Positions 13,036 to 26,200 of a stretch of 64,000 bases of DNA are shown here, piece after piece (the stretch's first letter is position 1; each line of letters starts with the position of its first letter). The notes under the pieces were generated by a model. That model searched no databases, had not been told where the DNA came from, and saw only the letters and a program-made list of their open reading frames with translations. Made by a program: the position numbers and the translations under genes. This stretch comes from Raillietiella orientalis (Eukaryota), in the NCBI GenBank assembly GCA_036172245.1, contig JAYWIR010000030.1, positions 1,054,001 through 1,118,000 of the forward strand. Direction: 5' to 3'.

Positions 13036-13229
13036 GCCCGGCAAAACCGGGTGATAATCATCCTAGACCAATAGCAACGATCTTCTCGTGACGTCGCTAC
13101 TATTATGAATATATATATATATATATATATATTTTTTTAAAATATTTTTTTAGAAAAAATATTATATATTTTAAATTTTCATAAATTATTATATGTTTTA
13201 AATATTTTTTTAAAAAGACATGCTTCCAT

Positions 13230-13790
13230 TCAGGACCCCAGCAGAAGAGTGTATTCCCTTGTGTACTTTGCCTGAAGTCGCCCTGAAGTGGCAGCTGGGT
13301 ACGGCCTCAGTTCCCAGTTCCTGGCCTCGTTCCTGGGAATCCCTACTTTTGGTAACTTCCCCATCACCACTGCAGCTGGTCTCGAGGGTAACCATCTCCT
13401 GGCTGCTGTGGGAAGCTTTCCGGCCGCACTTCCCGCTCTGGTCGCCCCGTAACTCGTTACTTCGTTCGTCCGATTTGAACGGAAGCACCTTCCTTGGTAC
13501 CGTTGTCCTCTTCGACGTTCTGATTTTGCTCTTGGAACAGCGATGCGAAGCAACGATGGCCATGGACACTTTTCCAGAATCCACAGCTGCTTGCCAATTC
13601 TGTCCAGCGCCAAGCCTTCGGAAGAGCGTTTTTCATGTTGCCTGTTCTCTCTCGTCCGCAAGTCCACTCCCGCCTTGGATAGCCGAAGGACCTGTGGAAC
13701 GTTACGCCGTTGCCACGCGCCTCCCTGTGCCTTGAACGCCGGAACGACCTCGGCAACGCAGCCACTCATCGCCGCGCTCCCTATGGAGAC
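13230..13790 (-). mobile_element. LTR retrotransposon (Gypsy-type) integrase remnant
   Basis: GVTFHRSFGYP...GNMKNALPK..W resembles the integrase core; GRLQAKYTREY resembles the KLxxKyxGPY C-terminal motif. Confidence 0.5.
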
Positions 13791-14149
13791 GTAAATTTCC
13801 TTCTCCCCTGGCTGTCACATATAAAAGGAAAAATTATTGCATGAGGACATGAATAACGTATGGATACGATTACAAATTAACAGCATGAGGGAACCAATTA
13901 CGAGAAGAGCGGCATAAATAATATAAGAACATCAATATACGATTATACTATAAGGACACAATGTAGAATAGAAAAATCCCTATATTGACACAGTACAATG
14001 CCATTTGTGAAGACAGTAATATTATCCTGATTATAGCATGGGAGTACCAATCTTACAATAGCATTCCACTGTAACATGAGATCGCGTGGCGACAGATACG
14101 TCTCAGTACGGTACGTAAATTCCCCCAGGGCCGATCAAAATCCCGAAAG

Positions 14150-14575
14150 TTCATAAAAAGTAAACACATATGTTTATTGTGTATATTAATATATATATGT
14201 ATATAGAGAGAGAGAGAGATTAATATAGAGAGTCATATATATCATGAAGATTATAAAAATAAATATGCATTTTTATTATGCATTAATATACGTAATAATA
14301 TGCATTAATGTATATAGTAATATAATAAGCAGAGTAATGTAATCTACATATATTTATAAATAGATCAATATACAAATTTACATCTTTGTTAATATATTGT
14401 AATATATACATCTTCATTAATGAAATTAATATGTGTGTAATAAATATAATAGTATGTGCATAACAAGTATAATAGTATGTATTGATATATATTGTTATTT
14501 ATATATTTAAAAATTTTAAAACAACAATGTGTTCATTATATATATTAATGTGTATTCATACATATAATAAATACA
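14150..14575. repeat. AT-rich low-complexity tract
   Basis: Nearly pure A/T with TA repeats, between two LTR-element remnants. Confidence 0.7.
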
Positions 14576-16599
14576 TATGCGATTCCCCAGCTGCAGTGAG
14601 GCGTGCGATGGTTGCAACCTGGTAACGCAGGGATGTTTGTTGGGGAAGAGGCAATGGACACACAATGAAGAAGGGAGCAAGTTGCAACCTATAGTTTCAA
14701 CCATATGGACAAGGAAACGCCCACGCAAGGTTCCACTCGGAAGTCGGGCAGGCTGCACAAAGAGAAGGGAGCGTAAACACACACACACACACACAAAAAT
14801 AAAAATTCAGCATCTTTGTTAAGGGATAGCGGATGAGGGGGAGGCACCCAGTTCTGTCCTTCTACTCCACCACGCGGCCGATGTCCTCCCAGCATTTGGA
14901 GACGGATTTATGGGCCCACTGGCGGTCTCGGCGCATCATGGAAGTCTCCAGAAGCAGGGCTTGGCTCTTTCCCGCCTCGGGCACCTCGGGTCGTCCAGCT
15001 CGCGCCTTGGAATGGTCATTTCGGCCGGCTGAGCTTCCGTCGAGGCCCCCTAGGAGTTCCGTCGCCCCATTTACCTAATGCCGGTACGAGCCACACCCAT
15101 TCGCAACGTCTGGGTCGACCGCACGCACAGGAGATGCTCAGGAAGGAAGGATTAGGAGGAATCTTTTCGCCCCCCCCCCCGCACATGCAACATACCGCAC
15201 ATGCAACATCAACTCTCAGGCCGTCATCCAGAGCCACGATGCATTGGCGAAGCAGATAGCGGCAGAACAGCTCCCCTGCAGGGAGGCGAACGAGCGATCC
15301 TACCCGACGTAGCCGTCCTTTAGGAAGTAGCCCCGGAAAACTCAGGATGAGGAAAGGGAGACGATAGATGCTAGAGCCAAAGGAACACCCGCCTGGCTGC
15401 CGACCCCCGTCGCGGGGATGCCGTAGTGCACGCAAAGACGAGAAACAGCTCAGCGTCGAATGGGAACCGGTCGGGACGTCACGCGGCATGCCGTGATACC
15501 CACCTACCCGGGAAGTGCCATAGGATTGGATACCACGAGCAGGAAGTGGAGGGATGGAAAATCCCTAGCCACCTCGGACAGAAGAGCGAGATCGAGGAAA
15601 ATGTGGAAAATCTCCCTCCGGCATTCTGTGTATCCTCCGCAGGGACGCCTCCGTGAATGTCTGCCCGTGTTGCGATGGAAAAGTGATCTCCCTCCCTTTC
15701 GAGTGGCAACTCGTCGCCATATGTTTGGGAAGGCGACACAGAGGGCCAAGGGCGATGAGTGGGTCTACGTCTCCCCATCCCGCGCCACCTCTTCCGGAAG
15801 AACCGGCGACGGAGGTGACGTAACGAAACATCTGCGCCCAGGTGTCTCCGGATTACAGCAGCCAGGAGCTGGAGTTGGTGGCGCCTCAAGGCAGTCTGAC
15901 GCCCTGCATCATCCGCGCGGGAGGACGAATGCCAGTCCCCATCGAGTCCGAACGTCCGCGACCCGGAAGTCAGGCAGTTCGCACAAGGAGCCCTGAGAGC
16001 CGGCGACCACACCACGGTCCGGCCTCCGCGGATCAGGTGCTCGCGATACCCGCAGTCGTCGATGGAGCAGGGCCGTCGATCCTTTTCGCCGCAAAAGGAA
16101 TGGGGGAGGGGAGAACAGAGGCACGTTCCCGGCACCTCGCAGCTCGCTCTGCTAAGAGGAACGTGTGGTTCTGGGGCGCTTTCTCCATGAGCATGGAGGC
16201 GAGGGGAAATGCGAGCCAAGGACAGCAGACAGGTGCCGCAGTGCTGGCGAAGAAGCCCTCCAGAGAATAGATGGGGAGTGAGTTCCTCCTCCTCCGGCAT
16301 TCCTTCCTCCTCCAAACTGAAGGGACTCTACCGCGTCACTCGCTGCTCATTTGGCGGAGACTGACCGAGTTGCTCAGTCGATCACGGCGCAAGGGGAAAT
16401 ACCCAGCGCAAGCGCCACTGGAACGGAGAAGGAGGAATCGGGAACGACAGGCGCCGCAATGGAATCGGAAAAGCCGATGGTTTCACCTGATTCAGCACTC
16501 ATGGAACCAACTTCTGTGCCACTAGAGGCGCTGCACGCCCTGCTAGGCAACCGCCTGAGGAGGTGAGAGCGAGATCATTGCAAGCGCCCGGAGCATACC

Positions 16600-19210
16600 A
16601 GAGTGGACCAAGGTGCACCAAGCGAGCCATCGAGTGACCTCCATCACGTCATTCGACAGGGACAAATAAATGGGATTGATGCAACCGTGGTTGCTGGAAA
16701 AAGACGAAGATCATCTGGAGATGAAACATGGAAAGGCAGGCGCGGAATCGCCACCCACAGCAAAGCCGTATCCCACAGAGGAAGGACGGAAGACGATCAA
16801 AAGTCATCCTGCAACGCAGCACTCGCCACGTCAGTTTGAGAAGCAAAAGATGGAGCGTCAACCCATTCTGGGGCAGATCGACGGAAAAGTCTTGGGATGT
16901 CTGTGAAATGAAACCACCCAGGGTGACGCCAAAGAGGCAGCAGCCGACACATCCGATGAATCGCAGCGATATCCAAAGACCATACCGGATCAACCGTCGA
17001 AGACCAATGAGGTCAGTCCTAAGGCCAGCGGACACGCATCGCAGGACCCCCGCTGCAGAGGTGGAGGGACACTTTGTCCCGGAAACCCTAAGGCAGTAAA
17101 GAGCACCCCAGTTCCCCGACTGTTCTCAGGAGGGAATGCATTGATAATACACCAAACCTCGAGATCTGATGGGATCTGCTACGATGGGGGGAAATGGATC
17201 CGGAGGAAGGAATTCTAACAGACGTCCTTGGCATGTGCCTCAGGCTTAGAATAAGGTCGGTGTGCCTCGAAGCATCCGAGGACAGACCTCCGCCCTCCGC
17301 CCACATCGTTTTTAGCGTCAAAAAAAATAAAAGTGTGAGGAGCGTTGCTCCTTGGCGACTGCGTTGATCGCCTCAGTGCAAACTGCGTCTCTAGCAGACT
17401 TCGAGAGTGACGACGAGGTCGCCTGTCTGCGGCGAAAAGGACTCCCTCTGTACGCTGGGATCCCGGGAACGAAAACTGTTCTGTCGTTTTGACCCCACGG
17501 CACAACGAGATCCCCGTAGGGCCTTTGCATCGCATCCTCTGACCTACCGACTGCACTCGAAGCAATCCAACCCAAGCTGCCGCATGGGTCTCTGAGAAAA
17601 GGGAAGAGAAACCTTCGAGAAGCTCGTCGGGGACCCACACTCGGACGCAAACACGTTTGTGCAGGCAGAATTCTGGACTCTCCAGGCCGCATGGACCTCT
17701 GGTTCCCCGGGGAAAGAAGCAGGAAGACCCACTTGCTCCCCAGCCTGCCAACACAACACACCCATGGAACCCACTCTGAGCAAGACAAGAGAATCATTCA
17801 GTGGGAACACCGCGGAAGCAGATGACCTCGGCAGCTGAGTCAGAAGATGGACGTTGGCAACGTCTTTGGCTGCTTGAGGAGTCAAGCAGAGACCTGGGCT
17901 GCCCAGAAATGATAGAGAACGAGCACAGCTGCACTTTGGGACCGGAAACCAGGAGGAACGAGGGGAACTCTCTCACGGTAGTCCACCTGGCATGGGAGTG
18001 CCGCAAGGCGTGGGCAAACTGTTTGGTTTAGGCCCATATCCAGCAGAGACCACCAAACGGCAGCTTACTGAGGAAGCGACAGCAAAAATGGATTGCGAGT
18101 CGTACCCAAGGAAGCATTTTGGTGCCAACCTTCTGTTATGTCCTGGGGCACCACTAACGACCTAGAGAATCCAAGAGGTTGGAATGCACATGCACCGATC
18201 ATGACGCCAGAGCAACGTGAGGCGAAAACCCTGCAGCCTGCAGAGCAACGTGTGCCGAAAACCGAGGCAAAAACACAACACCCACAGGGATAAGTCAATT
18301 GAATGTCTCGTCCTCATCGATCAGCCTGACGAAGCCGATAACCTGCGCCTTGACGGCGATATCAAACGGCCAGACTATTGGATGAGGCAGTTCCAGATTT
18401 AGGTCAAAAAAAAAAAGACCTTGAGTTTCGTAATAATCATTATGTACCAAAGATCCTGGTAAAGTCTGACTCAGGGTTCTTGGGGACTCCAGTCCTCAAG
18501 GACTTTGAGTTCGGTGGTAGGAAGGCGACTGCAGGCACCACCAAGGGATGAAGACGCGAGGGATTTCATGTCTGGAGCTGCTGCAGGAAAGTGGAACAAA
18601 CCCATCAGCGACATCGGAACCACTCGGAAGACGGGCGGACGTCCGTGAGGGAGATGTCCAGGAGAGCATTTGGCGACACGCCCTGGAAGACGCGCTCACG
18701 AGGGAGGGAACTCTCACTTATCGTGCGAGCAGCTGGACTCAAGGCAGCATGGGGGCTTCTTTCGGAAAGCACCGGAGTCAGGGGAAGACAAAAGCAGCCT
18801 TCGAAGCATTTTCTATCCGATGACCAGCACCTGCGACTCGCAGGTTTTGCTCTTGCGGCGCGACTGAGCCTTCTGCTTGCGCGAGTATCTCAGCAGGGAT
18901 GGCGCTGATCACCTTTGCAGAAGGCGCGAAAGACAAGAGGATTCTGTAGGTCATGTCCTCCACATTAGGTGCTCTACAACCACACGGCGAGTGAGAAGAG
19001 TGGTACGATGGGCTGGTGACCCGAATCAATGAAATCATCTCCGAAACACTGGGGACTGGTGACTGCCAACCTGACCATTCCGGGAACAGGGGCAGTGCTC
19101 CAGGAAGATTGGAAGCTGGACGCCTCTTACCTTTCAGAGTGTGTATCGACAGCCTTGCGAGATGCAAGACAGAAGTGTTGAGGATTGGCTCAGCACCTTG
19201 CTTCTAAAGG
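16600..19210 (+). mobile_element. Degenerate Ty3/Gypsy LTR retrotransposon pol (protease-RT-RNase H)
   Basis: Protease-like GQINGIDATVV (~16660). RT-like RQLTEEATAKMDCESYP..NLL..GA (~18060) and PPRD..DFM..SATSEPL..W..EDA (~18540-18690). RNase H-like GTGAVLQE..YLS (~19080-19135). Many stops and frameshifts; a gag remnant probably extends upstream to ~15000. Confidence 0.55.
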
Positions 19211-19949
19211 GGGTGCCCCCTATTGTAAGAGCGATTGCTGTCAGGGGTCTGGGGGTGAGCGGAATTATGATGTGCTGAGGAGATCAAGAATTCGTAAGGA
19301 GCAGTTGAAGCACGTCGGAAAAGAAATGATGTATTCCCGAGATGTACATTGGAAAGATCGCGTGGATCACCTCTCGTCCGTAGATCTCAGGAGGAGCTGA
19401 AGAGAAGGGACAGAAGCTGGTGGAAACTCTTTATTACTCTTAACTACTCTATTTATTTGTGTTTTCCTTTTGACATTGTTGCATATGAGGCATTTGAACG
19501 AAACATTCTCAAGGTGGTCTTTCGTAAACCGAAAGGTGACTTGGGTAAGCATTCGGAATGCACACCTCGACTTCAACTCAGGATCAACCGCGGAATCCTG
19601 ATAGGTCTGGTTGATCCCACCACGCTGTTACGCATCCAACTTTTGCCTCGAATTCTCGGAAATTACGAATCGGAAGACAAAACAAAGAAAATGGGGATGA
19701 GCTCAAAATCCTTGAGATTATAAGCATGAGAAACAAGGAAACCACGACGTGCTGGAAATCGATGTAGGGAACCGTGAGGCGGACACTGAGTTGGAAGCTA
19801 GGGGAGCAGGATAGGGAAACCCAACAAGACGGGAGGGGGGCCAGTGACCGATTTGCAAGGGCACTTTCAATATAGGCCGACCCAACGAGTTGGGTGTGTC
19901 AAGGAACCAACGTGTTTTGGAGAGGTAATAGGAAAATATAGACCAAGAG

Positions 19950-22300
19950 AAATGAGAAAAGAGGATTGTGTTTTACTGTATTCTTTGGATGAACCGGCTG
20001 AAAACCGGAGCCTTTTTGCCGATGCAGAACCATTATAAGATCGCTAATTGACGACCAGCTCATAGGAATTCTTTAGCTTCCCTTGGTGATGATCATAAGT
20101 TGTGCCAAGAGGGCCATGTAGGGAGCAGTGCATAAATGGGCGTGCAAAGATGGAGTTGGAATTGCTTCTGAAGCGGGGTACACGAGGGAAAGCTCGTGAA
20201 AACTTTCCATTTGTATATATGGAAGGAAAGAATGTCGGAAAACTCACATATTTGTAATGAGTTTTCCAGGAATCACGATGACGTTACTTTGCAGTTTGGG
20301 AATAGAAAGATTTTTCGTCCACGGAAAGAAATGCCTCCTTGGCGCGCACACACTCAGGAGAGGTAAATAGTTGTGCGCGAATTAGAACATTCCAAGATAA
20401 GAGAAACTGATCCATGTTTTTCATGTACCTGGTTTCAGAAAGATTTTTTGTTTCGGTTTTGTGCGCAAAGGAGAGCTTAGACAAATACAACTTTGGGCCA
20501 GGAGTTGAAAACCTTCGTGCCAGATACCGTTTCCAAAAACCCAAAGGAAAAGAATCAAAATGTTCCTTTTTTATTTTTACTTCACTAGACATTTACTGAA
20601 ATTAAGACTGCAGCCTTGATAGCAATCTGTAATAATCTCTGAAAGCAGCCCATGAAAGATCGTTATGCGATCTAGGGAAATGTTTCGGCGGTAAAGAAAA
20701 ACAGAAAATGTGTTTTGATTACTTTGCTTGCATTCCAAAATAAGTCTATTGCAAAAAAAAAAAATGGCAGAAAAGCCGAACACTAGACCTTGCTTCTACT
20801 TTACTCAGCTGATTCGATTATTTAAAAGGCTGGCGTATGTTTTTATATCGTCAACACAGTCACTAATTAATTTTCCAAGCTGCAATTGTAGAAACATAAC
20901 ATTGATACAAAAGGAATAGCCTTCTTCAGTATTAAATTTGAATCACGTTGCAAAAAGAAATGGAAAGTGATACTGCAAAAATTGTTCTCAGAAAAAAGTG
21001 GAAGCGATTGTAAGCTTTCAGGATTTAAACGAGAAAAAACTGTCATGAATATTCCAACATACACACAAATACACACACAAAAAAAAACGCAGTGCTTTAT
21101 AAATTAAGGCGATACTATTTCTTCCACACTGAATAGAAATACTTTCATCAATCTGAAAAATCAATTGCTCCATTCCCGGAAAATCGAGCCCTGTATGCAA
21201 TTTCGTTACTTTCCAGGAACCCTTCACTGATGTAAGAAGCCTCCGTTCAAGCAGTCATCTATCTGGATGAACAATAAATAGGTACGCTATGCTTCACAAG
21301 TAGATGGTACATGAGCTCTAGGAAGAGGAAAGATTTCCAGAGGGAACTTTCTCGCCATACACGTCGGCATTGAGACAGATGGTGGGACGATAAAGCATGT
21401 TCTCGATTTTTTCCAGGTAGGCTTAGGAGCATTGCATAAAGTTCGTTTTCTTCCAATGACGAAATTAAGATGGATAACGATGAGGATGAACCATAGGAAA
21501 ATGCAAACGAAACCAACATTTACTTTTTCCAAAGTTATGGGTGTTCGTGCTCCAGCAACGTTTGCTGGAGCACGGATGTTTCCAGAAAGGTCACAAAGAA
21601 CGGGAAGATTCGTCATACTTGAGTAACTGGCCTCGTAGCCTGTCTTGCACTAGTAGCATCTTCCAGACCTCACTTTTTTTGTTCTTTCTGTTCTTTAGAC
21701 GGTTTCGATCGTGTAATAATAATGCACACCATCAGATTCCACTGATTTTCACCAGTCACATGAGTTTATGACCGTTTCTTGAAGGTTTCCTTGGACTTTG
21801 CTGATCCACTTCAGCTCATCAAGTCGAAGACTGCTGTCCGGAATGCATGTGCATGTGGAGGTGTCCATTGAACTTTCCATGCTAGATTCAAACCTTGCAG
21901 CACCTCTTGTTTTGGATTCACACTTTTTGAGTTGAGCTCGAAGTAGCCCCGAAAGTAGAGGAGATTTTAAAAGTTCCGTGTTAATGTTTAAAAAGAAAGT
22001 GGAATTTTATTTTTGAAACCATCGTAAATATTGTGAGAGCAATGAATCTCCTTCAGTATGTTTCGCCGTTGGAACGTATCATCAGTAATAAATTCCTAGA
22101 ACTTGTGTGAATAAAATAAGGCATGGAAGAAGCGTCTACCGGTTTTTGAATTCGTATCTGTTAGTTTGTCTGTTTTATGTTTCAAAAATCTTTTCCCCCG
22201 AGATCCCCTCTTACAAAAGTAGTGCGTAGAGATGGTAAAGTGCCCAATATTGAAAATGAAACTAAGTTGGTGTTTCATCCAGTAAAGATGGTCAGTCATT
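19950..22300 (-). mobile_element. Near full-length degenerate Penelope-like element (RT + GIY-YIG)
   Basis: PLE-like motifs occur in the expected order across frameshifts and stops: EVLQGLNL (~21900), LYAM..RPTI (~21440-21380), GLDF..IDESISI (~21190), ESLQSLPLFSENNF..FFLQ (~21020-20950), CVDD (20858-20847, YVDD equivalent), FLYRR (~20690), NG (~20528), then an endonuclease-like tail. Boundaries approximate. Confidence 0.7.
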
Positions 22301-23239
22301 GCAAAATGATTTAAGTGGAAAGACTGTAAAAAGGAATTCTCAATATATAACCAATTCAACATAAAGTTTGGACTTGTGTAATTTTTTTATTTATGTGACA
22401 AGTTTGATTCACGATTCATCTGTTCCTTTGTACAAGTCATAAGTTCATTTGCTGTGCAGCATTTTTGGCTTCGATGCAGTACTTTCTATGGTAATTTTAT
22501 TTTGCAGTTTTTTCCAAATAAAAATTTCAGAGTTCCCAAGAACATTATGTTGTAATGTTATTGTGACCATTTAAATCAAGAAAACATTCAAAGATCATCA
22601 CTACTTATGACAAATTGCATGTTACTTGTAACTAAATTTTGCTATTGTATGAAATGACAAATTTGTATGTAAGCAAAGTGGCATGTTAGTTGGGCTGCTT
22701 TTGCAATACAAGCATGCTAAGTATGTTCTCATGGTTAAATAAAAATTAGAAAATTTCTTTCGGTATTTATCTTTCAAGGAGATTTTTGTTTTACTTATAA
22801 TTATGATAAATCAAATAGAGACCTATCTTACTTTTGATCTTAAAGAAATTGTTACGATCCCATCCTTTGCACTTGATGTATTTGATTGCCTAGCAAGTAA
22901 AATATTTGAAAAAAATCCCAGGGTTTATTAGGATCATCATGGCAGGCTGAAAAAAACATCCAAGGTTTTAGAATGCGTTCATATCTGAAATGCCTTTCTT
23001 TTTTTTTTTTTTTTTTGAATTTGTTATACGTTGTTTCTCATTAGTTATACCAAGTAGCATTTTTACTGCCTTGTAACTGAATGCAGAATTCACAAATGCT
23101 GGCAATACCTTAATTTCAAATGACTCGAGTATTTTTGAATTCTTTGTTTTTTCCAGTGAGAATTCATTCATTCTGCCAAGACTTATGATTTTATTTCTAG
23201 ATTTAAGAGAAGCCAAGAGATTGTCAAAGATTTACAAAA

Positions 23240-26200
23240 ATGAATACTGAATTTGAAGCAGGTCTTCCAGGATATGGTGGTGGTCTTTCATCAATAAGAA
23301 GATTTTTTGCACTCTTTGTTACATTTGATTTTCTGTTTTCTATTTTGATGTGGCTCATCACTATAATGGTAAAGTTCGTTTCTCTTTAAACCATAGTTTT
23401 GTGCGTTTTTGGCCAAGTCAATACTTGGAAACTCAAAAAATCATCAGGTAATCACTGAAGTTGAATGATATCTTAAATGAGTTTTCTGCATCCATGATGA
23501 GTTTCTAATGCACTAACGTCTTTTCAGGAAACCAGCAAAAACATAAAGCATCAGTAAACTAATTTTCAATTTAAAGCTTATTGCAAAAAAAAATTGGAAT
23601 GCAATTTGAGCTTGTGTTGTGTTGCTTGTGTTTTTTTTATTACACTTAATTATGGGAAATAAAAAATCATTAGAATTAAAGCATTTTCATGCATATAAAG
23701 GAAATAAGATGAATAGGATTTTCGAGTAGATCTGTACCATAATCTAACCATTTCATATTTGTGAATTAAATTTGGCTTAATTTATGAGTGAACGAATGGA
23801 GCAAAGATTGTTATTCTTTGGGTACGAAACCCAAATGATTTATAATTTAAAAATTCATTGGGTCATATTGTATCACTCTAAGAATTCAAATGGCAGATTA
23901 TACATTTCCATCCCATAAGTGCATAAAGAACAATACCTTTGATTTAGTCAAAATGACTGTTGTCATTGATTGTGAAAATGCAATACAGACATCCCCATCA
24001 GAAAGCTAATGATAAATCCGAGTTTAGTTTGATTTAGTTTTCCTTCATTGCACACTCCTATTCAGTATTTGTAAAGACAGAAAAATGCTTTGCAAATAAG
24101 AAGGGTTTGAGAATTAATAAGAAAATTGCAAAATTTGCTGAATAGCAAAGATTAACAAGCAAGGCTTAAAATCTGAAAAACGATAGGATAGTTTTACTTA
24201 TGACACTTTATGAGTAATATAGGTTTCAGAATGTTTTATACACTAGTAATTCTCTGTAGTTTGACCAAGTTCTTGCTGTTTATTCAGAGTAAGAGTAGCA
24301 AAAGAAAAGTTGATAACTCGAGCTGATTTTTTGCAGATTGTCTTATAGGTAGATGTGTGCCATAAAGAAAAGCTATATGTAAAAGAGTAATTCGTAAATT
24401 TGAAAAGTATTATTTATTAATTATATCTACGGATCAATTCCTTTGAATCTGAAGGTTCACCATCTTTGTGTCAAAGAATGTCTGTGCAATTGTGCAACGA
24501 ATTTGTGTTTAAATAATATGATTTCTTGATGAACTCTTTCAGAGGGTGACATCAAAAAATTGATCAGAAGTGCTTCCAAAAATGGTTCAGCAGTAGACGT
24601 ACCTTTTCCAGAAATGCATCAGCTATTTCGAAATTGGCCATTGTTTTTGAGGGATCCCTCTGTGTGTGTTTTTATCCATTTTTGTGCTCCAGTGCTGGGA
24701 GTAACTGCTTGTAATGAAGACATAAACGGAAATTCTATACGTATTTCTATGTAGGAATTTACAAACATGGAAGTATCTTTTAGACATGAATATTTTTTAA
24801 CACATAGTTGTACATGCCTGCACAATTTGACCGCGGAACTTTTTTTTTTTTTTTTTTGCAATCTTGTGCATGTTAGCAACAAAAAGTGGTTCGATTTTTT
24901 TATGAGATAAATACGATGAAAGTACCTGAAAGGTTGTTTTGAATACCATCCGATTTTTTTTTTTTTTCTTGCCAAGTCCAGTTGAAGGGATAACAGTGAG
25001 CAGTTAGTATAATTGATGGAAAACAGTGGTTTCGTATTCGTAATATAAAACTACCCTATTTGTCTTGCATGATTAAAAAACTTGTTACTACAAGACATTC
25101 ATCATACACTCCTGTATCAGTTATTCTTTTGCATTAATAACGAAAAATCTGTGTACGAACGAATGGAGAAGATCAAGAGAATTGGGTTAATGAATTGATG
25201 AGATGAGAGTTCATCAAGGAATCATATTATTTAAACACAAATTCGTTGCACAATTGCCCAGACATTCTTTGACACAAAGGAGGAGGGCATTCAGATTCAA
25301 AGGAGTTGATCCGTAGATGTAATTAAAATAAGAATTGTCTTGGATTTGCTAGTAACAACAGGAAATACTGGTGGCAATCGATGAAGGCCTCGTTTTCTTT
25401 TCCTTTTTTTTCCATCCACAAAATTATAGTTTTTGCAAAATACTGCTGGAAAACACCAGAAATGTTTCTAGAAAAAACTAAATTCAAAGATAACCAGGTA
25501 CTTTAAAGAAGCCAGGCAGACTAGAGTGCATTCCAAGATATAGGCCAATTTCAGCAATTAATTTGCATTTTCAAAATTTAAATAAAGCAGCCAAACTATT
25601 GGACCAAAGTGACATGCATATATTGCGGGGCAAAGTTTCGTTGACGAAATTAAAAAGTGTTATGGCTTTTCCCTGAGAATATTTCTATGGAGAAAATGGA
25701 GTGTGAATGACTTGCACATCTTTTAGTTAACCTTGTATGCACATTTTCGCCCCTCCCACTATACTTGTTAAATGATTGTAACCAAGAACTGTACAGAGGG
25801 CCCCATGACATCATGCTGGGACTGGTGGACTTATTTATTTTCTGTTATGAAGTGCTCCACGAAATGCTCAGTTATTGGTTTGTGTTTATTTCTTGCATTT
25901 TTCGGTACTAGTTGTATCATGACTCTAATGTGTAATTGGAAATAGCATGTCATGTCACTGCAGAAAATTGATGGTCCCTTTTCAGATCAATGGACGCAGT
26001 ATTGCTCCAACCCTTATTTCGGAGATTCTTCATTATACTATTTACACATCCTTATTTGATGTTGTGGTAGGAAATCTTGCTGTGAGATTTCTTTCAAGCG
26101 TCTTTTGTGTTTTTGATTTTTAGCTTATAGCACTGTTTCGGTTTCTTTTGTTAATGGGAGTCTATGTTATCATGAGGGTGAATCATTGGTGGGCATTGGC

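Noticed and set aside
20000..22362. Multi-exon host gene divergent from STARD3
   Set aside because: Splice-like sites do not give a consistent frame; ordered PLE motifs explain the region better.
25480..25740. Second small Tc1/mariner-like MITE
   Set aside because: The putative TIRs are too short and mismatched to support a call.
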